Below are positions 25,300-39,170 of a stretch of 64,000 nucleotides of DNA, piece by piece. The translations under genes and the position numbers were made by a program. The notes under the pieces were generated by a model that saw only the letters and a program-made list of their open reading frames with translations, was not told the origin of the DNA and did not search any database. Source of the DNA: Vicugna vicugna (Eukaryota); NCBI GenBank assembly GCA_013265495.1, contig MU058636.1:7084295-7148294 (forward strand), written 5' to 3'. The stretch's first letter is position 1, and every line of letters begins with the position of its first letter.

Positions 25300-26130
25300 A
25301 CATACGCACAATTTGCAGCTCCCGCCCACTCTGCAGTGACTGCTCTGCTCTGCTTGTCTCTACTTCGTCAGTCACCTCCCATGAGATCTTTGGCCTGGTT
25401 GATTTAGGTTCCACACCCATCACTTTACTGAGTTGTCCCTGTAGAGGTCAAAGGTCATGTGACAGAGCTTCCCACTTCGTACCATGATGTATCTGAAGCA
25501 TTTGGCACCATTGCTCGCTTCCTCCTACTTGAAATTCTTCCCTCTTGTGGCTCCTCTGACAATATCCTCTTCCGGTTTCCCTCCTGTGATGCTCACTGTC
25601 CTGCGCAGTCTCATGCTCAGATGTCTTTTTCCTCAGTATTTCGATTCCTAAGGATTTTTCCATGTCCTTTAATCTAGACTCTGTCATTCGGTTAAAAACT
25701 AATGACTTCCAGCTTCTATCTTCGTTGCAGACATTTCTCTTGGACTCCTGACCTAGGTCTTGTTTGTTTGTTTGTTTGTTTATGTCTATATCCCACTGGG
25801 TTTTTCTACCTGGACATCTCATAATACCGTAAAGATCATTTCCAAAATGAACCCCTCTCCCTCCTGCCAGGGTTCCTACCGATTTCTTACCTAAATGGTC
25901 GGCGTGATCTCACACCCAGTTACCTGACCTAGATATTTTCTCTAGGTTATCAGCCCCTTAAATCCAATCCGACATCACAGAAGATAGGTCCTACCAACTA
26001 CAGTCCAACTCCTTTTCTCTGTTAATGCTGGCACTTCCTTAGTTCAGGTTCGCATTATTTCTCATCTAGAAATTACAAAAGCTCTTCGCAAATCTGTTTG
26101 CCTTTTGTCTTGCTTTCTCCAGTCCAGCCT
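25300..26130 (+). mobile_element. L2 LINE internal/3' fragment
   Basis: gcatttggcaccattgctcgcttcctcctacttgaaattcttccctcttgtggct...tctctccggtttccctcc, typical of L2. Confidence 0.7.
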
Positions 26131-27611
26131 AGTTGAGAGCAACTACTGGAGTCAGATGGTCTGGTTTTTGTAAAGCTGTGAGCAACTGGGAAGTATTATA
26201 GAATGCTAAATCAGATTTCTAAATCAATACCATCAATATTTTCACCTATTACCAAAACAACTTCAGACCACTCTGCTGCATGGGGCTTTTTTGCCTCAGA
26301 AACACATTGATAAGCAGCATCCATGAAAACGTGCATACACAGGAGGGCACCTCCTGCTTTCCAAGGTACTTTTTCCCACTGCCTGAATGACAGCTTTGGT
26401 TTGGAGGTCTTGCTCAAGCATCCTCTCCTCAGTGGAGAGAAACTGAACTTACTGCCAGTGTGTGGTATGTGTATGTTTTAAGTAACTTGAAAATCACTGA
26501 TATCAATTACTGTTATCAGAAAAACTGTCAGAATTATGATTCAGTTTAATTGAACATATATTTTATATTTTCATAATCCCAAACCAACATAAGAAATCAA
26601 AGAAGTTTAGATTAGCTACCCTGTGAGAAAACAAACTCAAATCTTATTTAAAAAAATAAACTCTGTAAATGAAAGGAAAAGACATAAAACTTTCTTTTTT
26701 AGGCAAAAGTTACTGGTCTGATTTGTTCAGAAACTCACCTTAATTATGTCAACTTGGATTCTTTTATAAAAATGTTTCTGAGCTAGCAGTTTCTTAGGAA
26801 ATATTTTTAACTTTAGCACTTTTAAAGAATAAGAGGTTCTATTTCTTTATTTTCTGTTAATTTGGGGGGATATTAAATTTATATAAATGCCTGTTTACCA
26901 TTATAAGCCAATCAGAGCAGAGCACCTGTAGTTTATGGGTTGGAATAGTTTATTAGTACTCTCCAGATAAAAAAAATACTTCACACTCATGCAAGAGAGA
27001 AAGGCGTTTCTGAATTATAGACACACGTACATAGAGAGAACTTTATAGCTTCTCTCCTGCAGTTTCAGCCACAGGTCAAAACTAAATACAAAAATTCCCC
27101 AGTCAGGATCTGAAACAGCTGATGTCCTTTACCGTGGGCATAAAATACATTCTTATTTCATTTGCTCTCACAAAGAGACTGACAAGAAAACTAAAAGCAA
27201 AAAACAATCACTGCTATAGTGAGCTACCATGGTCAGGGGGTGTAAGACACCTTTTTCGGGTTTTTAGGGGATTAAAAAAGTCAGAACCATTTCCTAAAAA
27301 CATTATCAAGTGGGTTACATGATATATATATATATAGAAAATGGTATTCAATGGATTTTGTGTAATTAAATTAGTCTGGAGTTAGATCTATAAGAATTCA
27401 AGTGTGAGTTCATATACTTGTTATCAGCAACTTGATTTACATGAACACTCTCCTATCCCTGATGAGTTAAACATTTTATAAGTAATAAATCATAATTCAT
27501 CCCTAAGTTGATGGCCTATTCCAGTGAAAAGGAATACAAATTTGAAACTCTAAAGAGCAGGACAGAAATGCTATCATATTTATCCCACACATGCCCTTTT
27601 AGTATTGTCTG

Positions 27612-28130
27612 TGTGGTGCTGTGTAGAAATTTAATGCAAGCCACTTATGTATGTAATTTAAACGTTCTAGTAGTCACATTTAAGAGTAAAAAGAAAAAGG
27701 TGAGATGAATTTTATAAATATATTTGTTAGGAAGCGGGGAGGAGCGACATAGGGGTAGGGAAGTAAGAGGTACAAACTATTAAGTATAAAACAAGCTACA
27801 AGGATATATTGTACAACACGTGCATATCATAAAATATAGCCAATATTTTATAATAACTATAAAGGGAGTATAAAACTATAAGTCACTGTGTTGTATGCCT
27901 GTAACATATAATAGTATATAGCAACTATACTTTGGTAAAAGAGAAAAAAAAGCCCAGTATATCCAAAATGTTATAATTTCAACATGTAATCAACAGAATG
28001 ATTATTAATGAGATGTTTTAGATGGTTTAGATATTAATTTTCTGAAATCCAGAATTCAGTTTGCACTAGCTCTATTCTAAGTACTCAGTAGTCACACATG
28101 GCCGATGGCCACTCTATTGACAGAACAGAT
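27612..28130. mobile_element. MER33 (hAT-Charlie) split by an L1 3' fragment (about 27730-27951, + strand)
   Basis: tagaaatttaatgcaagccac...ttctagtagtcacatt resumes as agcccagtatatccaaaatgttataatttcaacatgtaatcaa after an L1 tail (gaggtacaaactattaagtataaa...A-run). Confidence 0.8.
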
Positions 28131-31100
28131 CTATAGGATTGCTTTCATAGGGATTCATTTAGCCAACACGTCTTATGTCATCTTATGTCATGCTGTTATA
28201 CATAGAAGTATCGTGGTCTAATAGCTTACTAAGTGTTTAACCTAATGGCCCAGGGAATTGTGATTTCCTCACTCCCATCCCAAGGAGTTTATGAAGTAGA
28301 AAATGCATTAAAATTTCTGTCACTAAGAATTTGTTCATAAAAACAAAATACAGATTAAAATAAGTATCTGCCCTTTACCTTTCAAGCCTTTTAGACCCAC
28401 AGTCTTTAAACTCATTATGAGTTTCAGTCAATATATTTAGTATGACAATAATAATAATTGATTTAAAATGCGAATTAACTACATACCTCATTACTTTAAA
28501 TTAAAAATATTATTTTAGACACACTACCAGTGAGTCACTTGTCTAAATTACAAGACTCTGAAAAGGCTGTTTCTTTGCTAGCTGCCATTGGACAAATGAT
28601 GAATAAGCTATTATAGCAGAGTTTAGAGTTTCTTCAGATATTAACTAGTATGAAAGAACACATTTTACTTGGAATGTTTTTGCTTTAAATCCTACCCTGA
28701 ATATATAACATATGCACAGAAGTAATTAAATCTTAACTCTCTGACCTTTGCATCTTTAGTAACCTATTCACCTTCCAAATTCAGTATATTCAAAATACCG
28801 ATTCAAAATTTGTCAAACATTTGATCATAGTTCTTAGGAAGTTAAATAGGTTGTACAGCAAAAGTTAATTTATAAATCAGTTGTTTAGAATCTGGGACTT
28901 TATAAATTATAGATTGCTTTGAAAGCCTACCCAAGAGCCCGTTTAAACCATAATAGATCTTTGACAGTATATATTTGTAATGAAAAAAAACAGTAGAAAC
29001 ACTTTTGCAGGTGTCATGATTAAAAGGAAAAGATAATGCTGTTGAATATGAAATATTGTGGTCACGTTTCTCTTGTTCACTGATGCTTATGGACAATGCA
29101 TGTTTGCTTAGAAGATGAAAGATTCTTAACCAAGGGACTGGTGTATAGTAGGTACATAGGTCAATGGAGACTTTCTGAAGATTCTAAAAGATACTTCTGG
29201 CCTCTTTTAAAAGCAAAATAAACTTCTGAAGTTAGACTAAGCATGGTAGAAATAATGGTTCCTCTATTTCCTAGAATGTGATCCTTCTCAGGTATAAAAC
29301 AGGAATGATTAATACCTACTAGAAGGATAATAGTGAGGATTGAGTGAACTGAGATAATGAGGTGCTGAGCATAGAAAGATGCTCAGTAATTCTTACTTCC
29401 CATCCCGTTAGTCTTTATTGTGCTTCATAATGCTTCAAAGTTTACATCTTTTCTTTAATAAAATTATGTCCCAAGCTCTACCTATCACTCATGGATGGGG
29501 TTGTTTCAAATGAAATGAAGAGAAAGAAAAGAAGAAAACTATAAGGGGAGAGGGATGTAAGAAGAGAGTCTTATGAGATGACTGAGCCAAAGTCATAAAA
29601 GACAGAAGAATAAAGGCATTGGCTAAAGAGAAGAGGGTCGGAGGCACGGTTTTGATTGCCCAGGATGAATAACACTCAGGATCCGAAGGCTGGGGTAGAT
29701 CTAGTCAGGAGAGGGAAGTCTGCCATCAGCCATTCATACTGCAGGGCCTAACCTGAAGTTCTTAAAAGCCCACTGAGTGTAAGTATTTTAATTTCTGAAA
29801 TTTCTGTTTAATATTTATGTATTCGTCTATCTTATCTCCTAAGCCAAAAGCTCTTCTAGTAGAATGATGAAATATCTAATGTGGTAATGTACACAGAGGA
29901 AACGATTTATCAACATATGTCAGGTGAATAAATATAAAAGTTTCTTAAACTTAATATAGCTCTTGACCCTCTGTGTTAGTCAGGCATGAGTCAAATGCAA
30001 CAGAACGTCTTTGCATATGCCTTGAAGGTAATAGGAAAATACATGGAAAAAAGTAATCTCCACAGTAATCAGAGCTTGCAAGATCAATACCCACTTATAA
30101 ACAAATAGGTTATCCATTTCTATTAGTTCTCTACCACTGTAGCAGCTGGAGGCCTTCAGGAATAGTGAGAATATATGTCAGTAAAGTAATTTGGGGACTC
30201 TAAAACAGCTGTTAGTCAGATCTTTTTAAAAGCTACATAAAACAGTTAACTCTGGAATTCTTCACTATTCTCTGCTTTTAGGTACCACCAAATTCATAAA
30301 CTTCACGACCAGAAATAGTAATTCTTCAATTTCAGATTTATTTTCTGTGCCCATCTGCAATTTTCTTGGCATTTCATTAAGGCATGAAAACTAAGGAAGG
30401 ATTTTATCATTTAGATTGAGGTAAAGATCAGCTTTTAATGGCTGATGATAAGAAGTAAGGCTTTGCATGTATGAATAGGTCTTTACTCCCATCTATTTAA
30501 TAGCTTAAAAATCATAGAGACAAGTCTGGTCCCTCTAAATTGTTCTCTGCCTACCAACTACAGAGAATAAATAAATGTCATCAGCATCCTAGAATAATGA
30601 AGAAGTAGATTCTGAAGATGCAACTTTTTGGTCAAACTAGTGGTAAAGAACTGACAAGAAAAACTTTATCTTACTCCTATCCAACCACACCCCTTCTCCC
30701 AACAGTACCTTCTATGTTTAGGTATGTTCAACAGAAATTTATTAAATACTAACTATGAACCAAGCACTGTGCTTGATACTAAGAATAGAGGGGTGAGTAA
30801 GACCTAAAGACCTTAGAGTCTGGTTGGGGGTCTAGCGAACTGGTAGTCTGGGGTGGAGCCCAGCAGTGAATACTTGATATAGTATGTGAGGCTGGTAGCC
30901 ATCTTCATAACTCTGTGTCGGGTAAGATACTTCAAGCTTTCTCAAAATAATTTAATCTTATTTAATTCCCATAATTACCCCCAAGGTATTGTCATTCCCA
31001 ATTAAGTAGATGAAGGAACTGAGATACAGTTACTGAACACCACTCCTTACCTGAGGTTAAGTAACTAGCCTAAGAAAGGTAAATGGTTCCACCAAGATCT

Positions 31101-32848
31101 GCCATATTTCATTCGATTTACCCTTGCTACTTCTAGAATTGTTACTTTAATTTAATTTAGTGTGAGAAGATATGCTGCATGAACTACCTTATGTTCAATA
31201 GTGAGTCAAAAATCTGCAAAGCAAATTAATTAGTGAAAGACATCTCATAATTTTTTTCTAACTTAATTTCGGTGACATCTGTTTGTCTCTTGTATCACTT
31301 AAAATCTTAAACAACAGTATGAACTTCCTGGATGCATATCTGAGTTTCAGATAAATCAATAATGCCCCCCTTACCTGAATAGTGTTACATCATCCTTCAT
31401 CTCATCTCTTTCATCATACTTTTCTGTCATTCAACACTAACCATGAAAATTGATGATACATTACAAACTTATAAAGTTGATGACATCTAGCCACACTAAA
31501 TTTTAGGAAGATACTGAGAAGATGAATTGTTGTAGCTATTGCCTGTCAGCTGGACCTCATGACTAGTGGCAAAAAGAGTAGTTTAAAAAGGCAAAATAAT
31601 GTTTTATGGATATAAAAGAATGAACAGTTTACATATTAAAGAAAAAAAGTAAATATTTAGGAAAGATTTCTTAGCATTATTGAACCTAGGAGTGACACAT
31701 CATTTATCCTAGACTTAAGGGAGAAGGATTGAACCATGGGAAAGGAAATATACGTTCATCTTTGTTATACTTGATGTTTTCTAAGAAATCCTTAGTAAGA
31801 ATGACTGTTATTTAATCCTTTTTAAATTTGGAGGCAAACTTAATGACATCAGAAATAATGCTTCTCTCCTAACATAAAAACTACAGAAAAAGCGTTAAAA
31901 TGAAATGCATAAGGACCCTGTAATAAAGTTATTTTCCTAGGTTTCCTGCTATGGGAACATACACTCAGTGACAGATGCCGTGTTATCGTAAGGTAGTAGT
32001 TATACCATGTTATCGTAAGATAATAGTCACAGAAAACTAAAAGGACTAGAGTTTGTCTAGTCTGATTTATGCTAACTTTATTTCATTCATTGCTTCAGTA
32101 GATTATACATCAAGCAACTTCCGTGTACCAGGAGGTAGTTATTCTAAGTGTTGGACATCAAACAGAGACTATGTTAGATGTGGAACCTCTTCATGCAGTG
32201 GGGAAGATAGGCTAGAAGTCAGCAACAGTGTGACAGATGCTTCAGTGGTGTGTTTGAGGAAATACCTGTTGCTGTTTGAGCACCCTGGAGAGCTTGGCAG
32301 ATGAAGGACAGCCTTTCAGAGAAAAATGACATCTTGGCTGAGACTTAAAGGGTAAAAAGAACTTAACCAAGTCAGGATTGGGGGAGTTGAGGGCTAAGGA
32401 CGGTAAGAGATGAGAGTTTAGCAGATTCTAGATCATTCGGGCTCTTTTAAGATAAATTAAGTAGTTTAAACCTTTTCTTATTACAGTGTTACTATGTATG
32501 GCCTTAGTTATGAGAAAGAAACTCTAAGTTACATATTGACAATAATGCAAAATCATTTATCATAAAGTCACCATCGTTTTACAAATCAGAAGACTAAAGG
32601 CCAAGAAGCAAAATGATCTGCCAAGGTTGCAGAGTGACAGGTGACCCAGTCGCCCAGACAGGCCCAGACCAGTACCTCCTGACTCAGTGTGGCATCCTTC
32701 CAGGACCCTGCACCGTTTCTCCCTCAGAGGGTTTTTTTTTTATTTTAAAGTCATATTTTACAAAGGAACAAGAGCAGTTGTGTTCAGAAGAGTCATATCC
32801 TTAATTCTTTTTGTTTGTTTGTTTGTTTTTGCTTTTGTTTTTGTTTAG

Positions 32849-32968
32849 GAACCTTTCACAACCTTCTTCCTCAATGCAAATGACGGAAAATTTGATCATC
32901 CTAATCGAACCTTCTCATCAGTCGCGAGGTCTTGGAGAACTAGTCAGAGAGATACTTCAGATGTAAAG
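32849..32968 (+). CDS. NBEA: Neurobeachin BEACH-domain coding exon (120 nt, phase 0/0)
   Basis: (TTTG)n-rich tract + TAG acceptor, AAG|GTGGG donor. Translates [40 protein letters not shown]. Confidence 0.96.
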
Positions 32969-35041
32969 GTGGGCTCTTTTATTTGTTGATATTTGTTAAT
33001 TTCAAAATATGTCAAATTTTGATTTGTTTCAATTAAACAGGTGTATAAGACAATTTATTCTGCAGCTCTGGTCCATCTTATTTTAAGGTTACGTGGTGCA
33101 TCTCACCTAAAAGAAAACTAAGGGAAAGAATTTTGAGCAGCGCAGAAAATGATTCAGGATTCTTTTATATTGTTCAGTTAAGGTGTTTTTCTTATTTCAA
33201 AAAATTCCTAACTAATTTAGATCGAATAATCAGAAGATGGAAAGAAAAACCCATAAATTGCCTTTCCTGCTGTTAACTCAATATTTGGCCCATTCCATAA
33301 AACACAGCAGGAATTGGATTTGACCTTAATGTGTCATATTGTTATAGCTTGCCCAGCTTTGGGTTTACGTAGCCTGGGGCAATTAATAAAGCATTAATGA
33401 CAAGACCCATTTAAAATGTAGGCTTTTCTGTACAGCCTTAGCTTTTACTTGACTGTGCCTGGGGATAATACGCAACAATGCACATTAGATTAAACCAACA
33501 CACACACAATATCCAGGAACAGCCTGAGAGCAGAGTGAATTTTACAGTTGGTACTACTTAACTATTGTTAAATATAAAGATTTGTTATTCATTTATTTGG
33601 GCTTTTGTTTTTAAAAGTGGTTGTTTTCAAAACAATAAAATACATTTGTTTTCTCATTTTTCCCATTTTTTCCTGTTAAGAAAAAATTTTATGATCAGGT
33701 TATTATGTAGGTATATGTGTTTCTTATTTTAATGCCTTTTCTTCAGCTTTTTCCCATCACTGCCACTCATAGTATTGAATATACAAATGTCATGGTATCA
33801 TTTCATTTAGGGTGTTAATCCAACAAAAGGCAGTGAATTAAAGTCAAAATTGTCATTTACATATTTATGCTGAGCTATTACAAACATTTTTAAAAGGCAG
33901 TTACAGTGTTATTGAAGTGTAAGAAATTGGATGAATACAACTTTTATTCTGTTCTTTTTCAAAGCAAAAAACAAAGGAAATTAATCCAAATGGTGTGTAA
34001 GCATATCTATGTGTTTTTTCCATCGCCATCAAAGTTTGCATAAATAAATATTAATTTATACATACAATGTATTCACATTTGGAAATAAGATAATTTAACA
34101 TGCATTCTTACTATGTAAAACTCTTAAGGCCCGTATTTTTCTCCTAATCAACTTATAACTTCACTGAGGAATGAAACTCTAAAAGATCCATAAACCATCA
34201 TTTAAACTCATTTAGTACCAGTGAAATCAAGGAGGGGGTCCATTTCTTATTTAAGAATTAACAGAAAATAGGGAGTCCATAGGCTTCTAGAATTAGCACA
34301 GTGTTCTTAAAAAGCATTCAGTAAATATTTCGTATGTGAATTAAATAGTCTCGTCTGTATTTTAAGGCTTCCTATCATATATAAGATTATTTATATCTTA
34401 ATTCTGAGCTGTATCCGGATTATATCCAACTCTTTCAAGTGAAAATGCCTGTTCACTCTCGACATCATCACAAAACAGAAACTTGGTTTTTCAGCTGAAT
34501 TCAAAGACTCACCCTCACAAGCCCACACGTGCAACAGAGGCAGTCATCCTGATCTATGTATGTAGACAGAGTTTTAGGCTGTACTTTCTATCCTGAGAAC
34601 GTTATTGATGCTTCTGATCACCAGATACCTTGCCAGTGTCCGTCTCTGATGACTGACTGATGCCCATCCCAGGCTCTTCCCAAATCTCTCCCAGCAGTTT
34701 CCCTGTTCTGAAACTTTTCAGAAACATTAACACTTTGTTACTACTTGTGTTCCTTTGGCTCTTGGGAGCGCATCGTCAAGGACAGAGATCAGTGCGGCTG
34801 TCACTAACTTGGGAGGTTTTTATTTTAAATCCCAGGCAGCTGTGCTTAATACAAACAGGCACCAAGCCTCCAGATTACCCCCTTAGTTGGTTCTCAGGAC
34901 ACTCACTTCCTCAGCCTGATATTGCATGGATTGTTCTCGTTTTCAGTTCTCTCCCACCACCACCCTGACCTTTTCATATTCTGTGATGACATACCTTGAA
35001 TATCCTCCCATGTAGACCCCTTCTTTTTGAAGGCTATACAT

Positions 35042-35099
<58 letters not shown>
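35042..35099. repeat. (TG)13(TA)16 compound microsatellite
   Basis: Seen directly; 58 nt of alternating purine-pyrimidine. Confidence 0.97.
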
Positions 35100-35103
<4 letters not shown>

Positions 35104-35580
35104 ATAATTTATTTACACAATCTTTTATTGATGGATAGTTAGTCTTTCTCTCTGCTTGTTATTGTTAAACACAAGGCTGCTGTAAACATCCTTGCACAGA
35201 CATCTTGAGGAAATTTGTGTGTATATGTAAAAGATAATTCCTGTTAATGGGACTGGTGACTCAAGGGCTATATACATCTTTAATTTTGAAAGATATTGCC
35301 AAACCATCATTCCCAAAGCTGCTAATTCACTCCCTACAGCAGTGTGTGAGGGGATGCCTCCTTCCCTACCCTCCAACCATCACTTGTATTATAAACAGTG
35401 TAATTTGTACAAATCTGGTGAGTGAAAAATGGAGTTGTCTTTGTTTTGACTTGCATTTCATTAATTATGGGTGAAGCTGAGCATTTTCCGTATAATTATT
35501 GACCTGTTAGCTTGCTCATATCTTTTGCCTGTTTTTCAATTGGGTCATATGTCTTTGTCTTATCAATGTGAAAAAGATCT
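35100..35580 (-). mobile_element. Old L1 (L1ME-like) fragment
   Basis: ggctgctgtaaacatccttgcaca, ttcactccctacagcagtgtgtgagg, gacttgcatttcattaattatgggtgaagctgagcatttt. Confidence 0.75.
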
Positions 35581-37399
35581 TTCTTTTCTGAAATTGCAGA
35601 AAGTTGCATGGCAAGTATGATTTCTCAGTCTTTCAGCTTTGCTATGTTTCAGTTATGTTTTTGTGGTTGTGTGTGTGTGTGTGTGTCCAAATGCATCATT
35701 CTTTCTCTATACAGTATCAGGATTTGGGGGTCATCACTGAGGGAATGTTAAAAGTTTTGGGTAATCCTGATGGTTTTAAACTTGAGATTTTCTAAATTCA
35801 TGTTTAAATATATTGATTAACATGTACAGTATCTTTTCCCTCTACAATAATACCTGATTAAGCAGGGAAGAATGTGTTACCAAGAGTAATAGTGGTTTTA
35901 CTGTGTGTTAAAACCTAAGCTTTTGATTTCTTATCCTAAGCTGTTAAAGCATTTGATATATAATTTTAATGAAATGTTTTTATATTTCTGAAGAAAACTA
36001 TCTCTGCAATATCTACTAACTTTGTCAGATAAATTCTCATGTAAGAGGGAACTAGACCAGAATAGATGGTTTTATTGTCTCTCTTTGTTAACGTCAGTCT
36101 GTTCCTGTGATAATGAATTCAAGCTGGGCAGAGCAGGAGTGTTGGTGAAATGACCTTTCAGGAGAGAGGTCTCCCGAGTTAAGTCAGACCAGTTGGTTTT
36201 TACTTTATTTTATTTTTTTATTTTTCTCCTCTAGCATCGTCTTAGTAACAATGACATTCAACTCACTAAAGTTCTTACGCTAATTTTCCTTAATGCCTTC
36301 AAAAGTTGTTATATTACTTTTGAATAGCTATGTAGATGTCAGAAAAGGTAGCTGTGACAAAATGTCATTAAGGTGACATAGTGTAAATTAATACAGTTAA
36401 TGGAGGTGCTCGCCACTGACTCATTGACCCATTATGAGCTCTTGTGGCATTAACGAATGCCAGGGCATCAATCTTTTGAAAAAAGGAAGAAAAGAGATGG
36501 CAGCTTTAAAACCTTGCAGTGAATTATATTAGAAAAGTGAAAACGTCTGGGTTGGATTTGATTTCACTAGGAAGCCATAAAATGGTATGCTCTCTGAGCA
36601 AAATATATTAAACTGAAATGTCAGATTTGATGCAATAGGTATACAATTATGATAGTGTTAATAGTGCTCTTCTATCATTCTAAGACATACTTTCAAGTCC
36701 AATTTCTCAGCAGCTTGAACTTGTCATAAGCTTGTAAATTAGAAATTGTGTTTGAGGATATTTTCCTATTATTGACGGGACGCGTATAATACTATTAACT
36801 GTACTGTGGGGTTTTGCTATAGCTGTTAAAATAAACTAGAAATCACATTTACAGACACAAAACGCCTGTTATAATATTTATCTTGCCATTTCTTTAATAA
36901 TACGTGGTGTCTTCCTGCACTGTTTTCCATTTAGGAAATTTTAAACTACTTGGACTCTTTCCTTAAAGAGAAGCTGATTAACAGAAATCTATCAACGGGA
37001 AGAGAGTAAACCCAAGAGCTATTATATTAAATAGCAAGCTAGTGCCTGAAGCTCCTCTGTAGGAGCACACTTATGAGTTATAATAGTAGAATTCATTCTT
37101 CCTGAATAATTCTCAACAGTTTTCAAACCTGCTTTTTTCTTGGTTATTTGATGTGGTTCTCAAAAACAGCCCCATGAGACAGTGATCATTACCCCTGTTC
37201 TGTAAAGGAGGTTCACAGATATTGAATGACTGGCCTAGGTTCACACAGCAAGTAAAGAGGAAGCCAGAGCTAGCCCTGAGAGCTATTCAGTTCTTTTCGG
37301 GGCTTTATCGATTGGATGTTTCTCTGCTTTAATTCTCATGATCTCACAATCAGATCCACATTGACTAGTTTGGAATAACTGACCCATCAAGTTACACTC

Positions 37400-38480
37400 T
37401 AGTCGTTTACTGCTGTATACAAACCACCCCAAAAATTTGTGGTTTAAAAAAAAACCAACCATTTATTTTCTCAGGGTTCTGCAATCAGAATAAGGTACAT
37501 CAGGTACAGCTTGTCTCCGATCCATATGGGGTCAACTGGAGTGGCCTGTCTGGGTCTGAAAGATTCAGAATGGCTTCATTCACACGTCTAGTGCCCTAGC
37601 ACCAGTGGCTGGAACAGCTGCAGACTGGCTGGTCCTCTCTCTCTTTGTAGTCTTTCTGGGAAGATCATCACAATTTTTTTTCAAGGTGTCTGCCTACCAA
37701 GAGGATAAAAAAGTGAGAGCTGCAAAACCACTTAACGCCTAGGCTTGAAAGTCACATAGTGTTACCTCCGCAGCATTCTCCTGGTCAAGGCAAGTCTCAG
37801 GGCCAGCCCAAATTAAGAGAGAGGAGAAATGGACTCCACTCCCCGATGATATGAGTGGCAAGTGGCACATTACAAAAGGACATGGAAGTTGGAGGGATTG
37901 CATGGTCATCTTTGGAAACAATCTACTCAAGTCTGCCCTCTGGTCACAATTCACATTCTTCCTACAAGCAAAATGTACTCAGCTTGTTCCCCACATTATT
38001 GTATCAGGCTCGAAATCTAGTATGTCACAATCTGTAACAGGTCCGGATACGGACGAGGTGCATAAATTCCCAATTTGGAGACCTGGAAGCTCAAAAGACA
38101 AGTTATCTGTCCCGTGTATATTCAGCACCCAGTGGTAAGACAGAAACGGGTAAACCTCAACACACTGTCTGTTCAAAAGTGGGCAGTATGGCAGGTACAC
38201 AGCAGCCACTGAGTAGCTTTCCTCCACATGCTTCCTCATCATAGAAAGTCAAGGCCAAGGCCTCCTTTGCCCACGTTCACACAGAAACTTTAAAAATACG
38301 TGGATTTCCCATGATCACATTATTGTTCACTATCAGAAAAAACTCGTGCTCACAAGCTCTTCCAGGACAGGGTCCTCCCTACTTCAGGCTGTGATTAGGA
38401 TGCCCTTTATAATGCTTCTAAGATTCTTGGAATCCCTTTATGGGGATTAAAGCTTAAGAAACCTGCCAGGCTAGCAAGAA
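37400..38480. mobile_element. MLT1 LTR (about 37400-37940) with adjoining MaLR-derived sequence
   Basis: ttactgctgtatacaaaccaccccaaaa...ggcttcattcacacgtctagtgcc...aagtctcagggccagcccaaattaagag...ggtcatctttggaaacaatcta. Confidence 0.7.
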
Positions 38481-38714
38481 TTCTGGGTTTCAATTCAGGA
38501 CTGTTTGATTCCAGTGCACAGAAAGTAGCACTTCCCTGGTAGAAGGGACAATCCTGAAACTGCCAGCCAGCCAGCCTCCCCCTTCACTGCAACTTAAACT
38601 GGTAGCCCTGAAGTAACTCTCCTTCAACTAACACAGTTTGAAAACCATAGCCTTCAATATTTTTTTATCACTATCTCATGCCTGAAATTCAGGATGCAAT
38701 AAATATATAGCAAT

Positions 38715-38950
38715 GATCGATTCATTTTTTCATTCCACAAATATGTATTGAGTACCTGTTTCTATGTCAAGCCCCATTCTGTGAGCAAGTGAGTGGTGAG
38801 CAAGTGAGCAAGATAGACAAGATCGCTACTGTCATGGGATTTCCACTGCAGTGAGACACAGGAGCATAAATAAATTTAAAGAAAAGAAAAGAAGAATTAC
38901 TGTGCAGAAAATTAAAATAATAAAGTCATGTAGAGTGACTGGGTTGCTGC
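38715..38950 (-). mobile_element. L2 3' fragment
   Basis: ttcattccacaaatatgtattgagtacctgtttctatgtcaag. Confidence 0.65.
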
Positions 38951-38984
38951 TTCAAAAGGAAAAACAGAGAATGTAAGAGCAGAG

Positions 38985-39170
38985 TCCCTGTCTTTTAAGT
39001 GTTTAGGTTTGATTTCTGGCTTACTACGTATTTGCAGTGTAGTTGTTAGAAAATTACTTACCCTCTCTGTGCCTCAGTGTTCATGTCTTTAAGGTGGTAA
39101 TGATGAGAATACCTACTTATGACATTTTTGTGAAGATTAAAGTGTACTTAGAATAGCGCCATGACACAGG
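38985..39170 (+). mobile_element. MIR SINE
   Basis: ttacttaccctctctgtgcctcagtgttcatgtctttaaggtggtaatgatgagaatacctactt. Confidence 0.7.
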
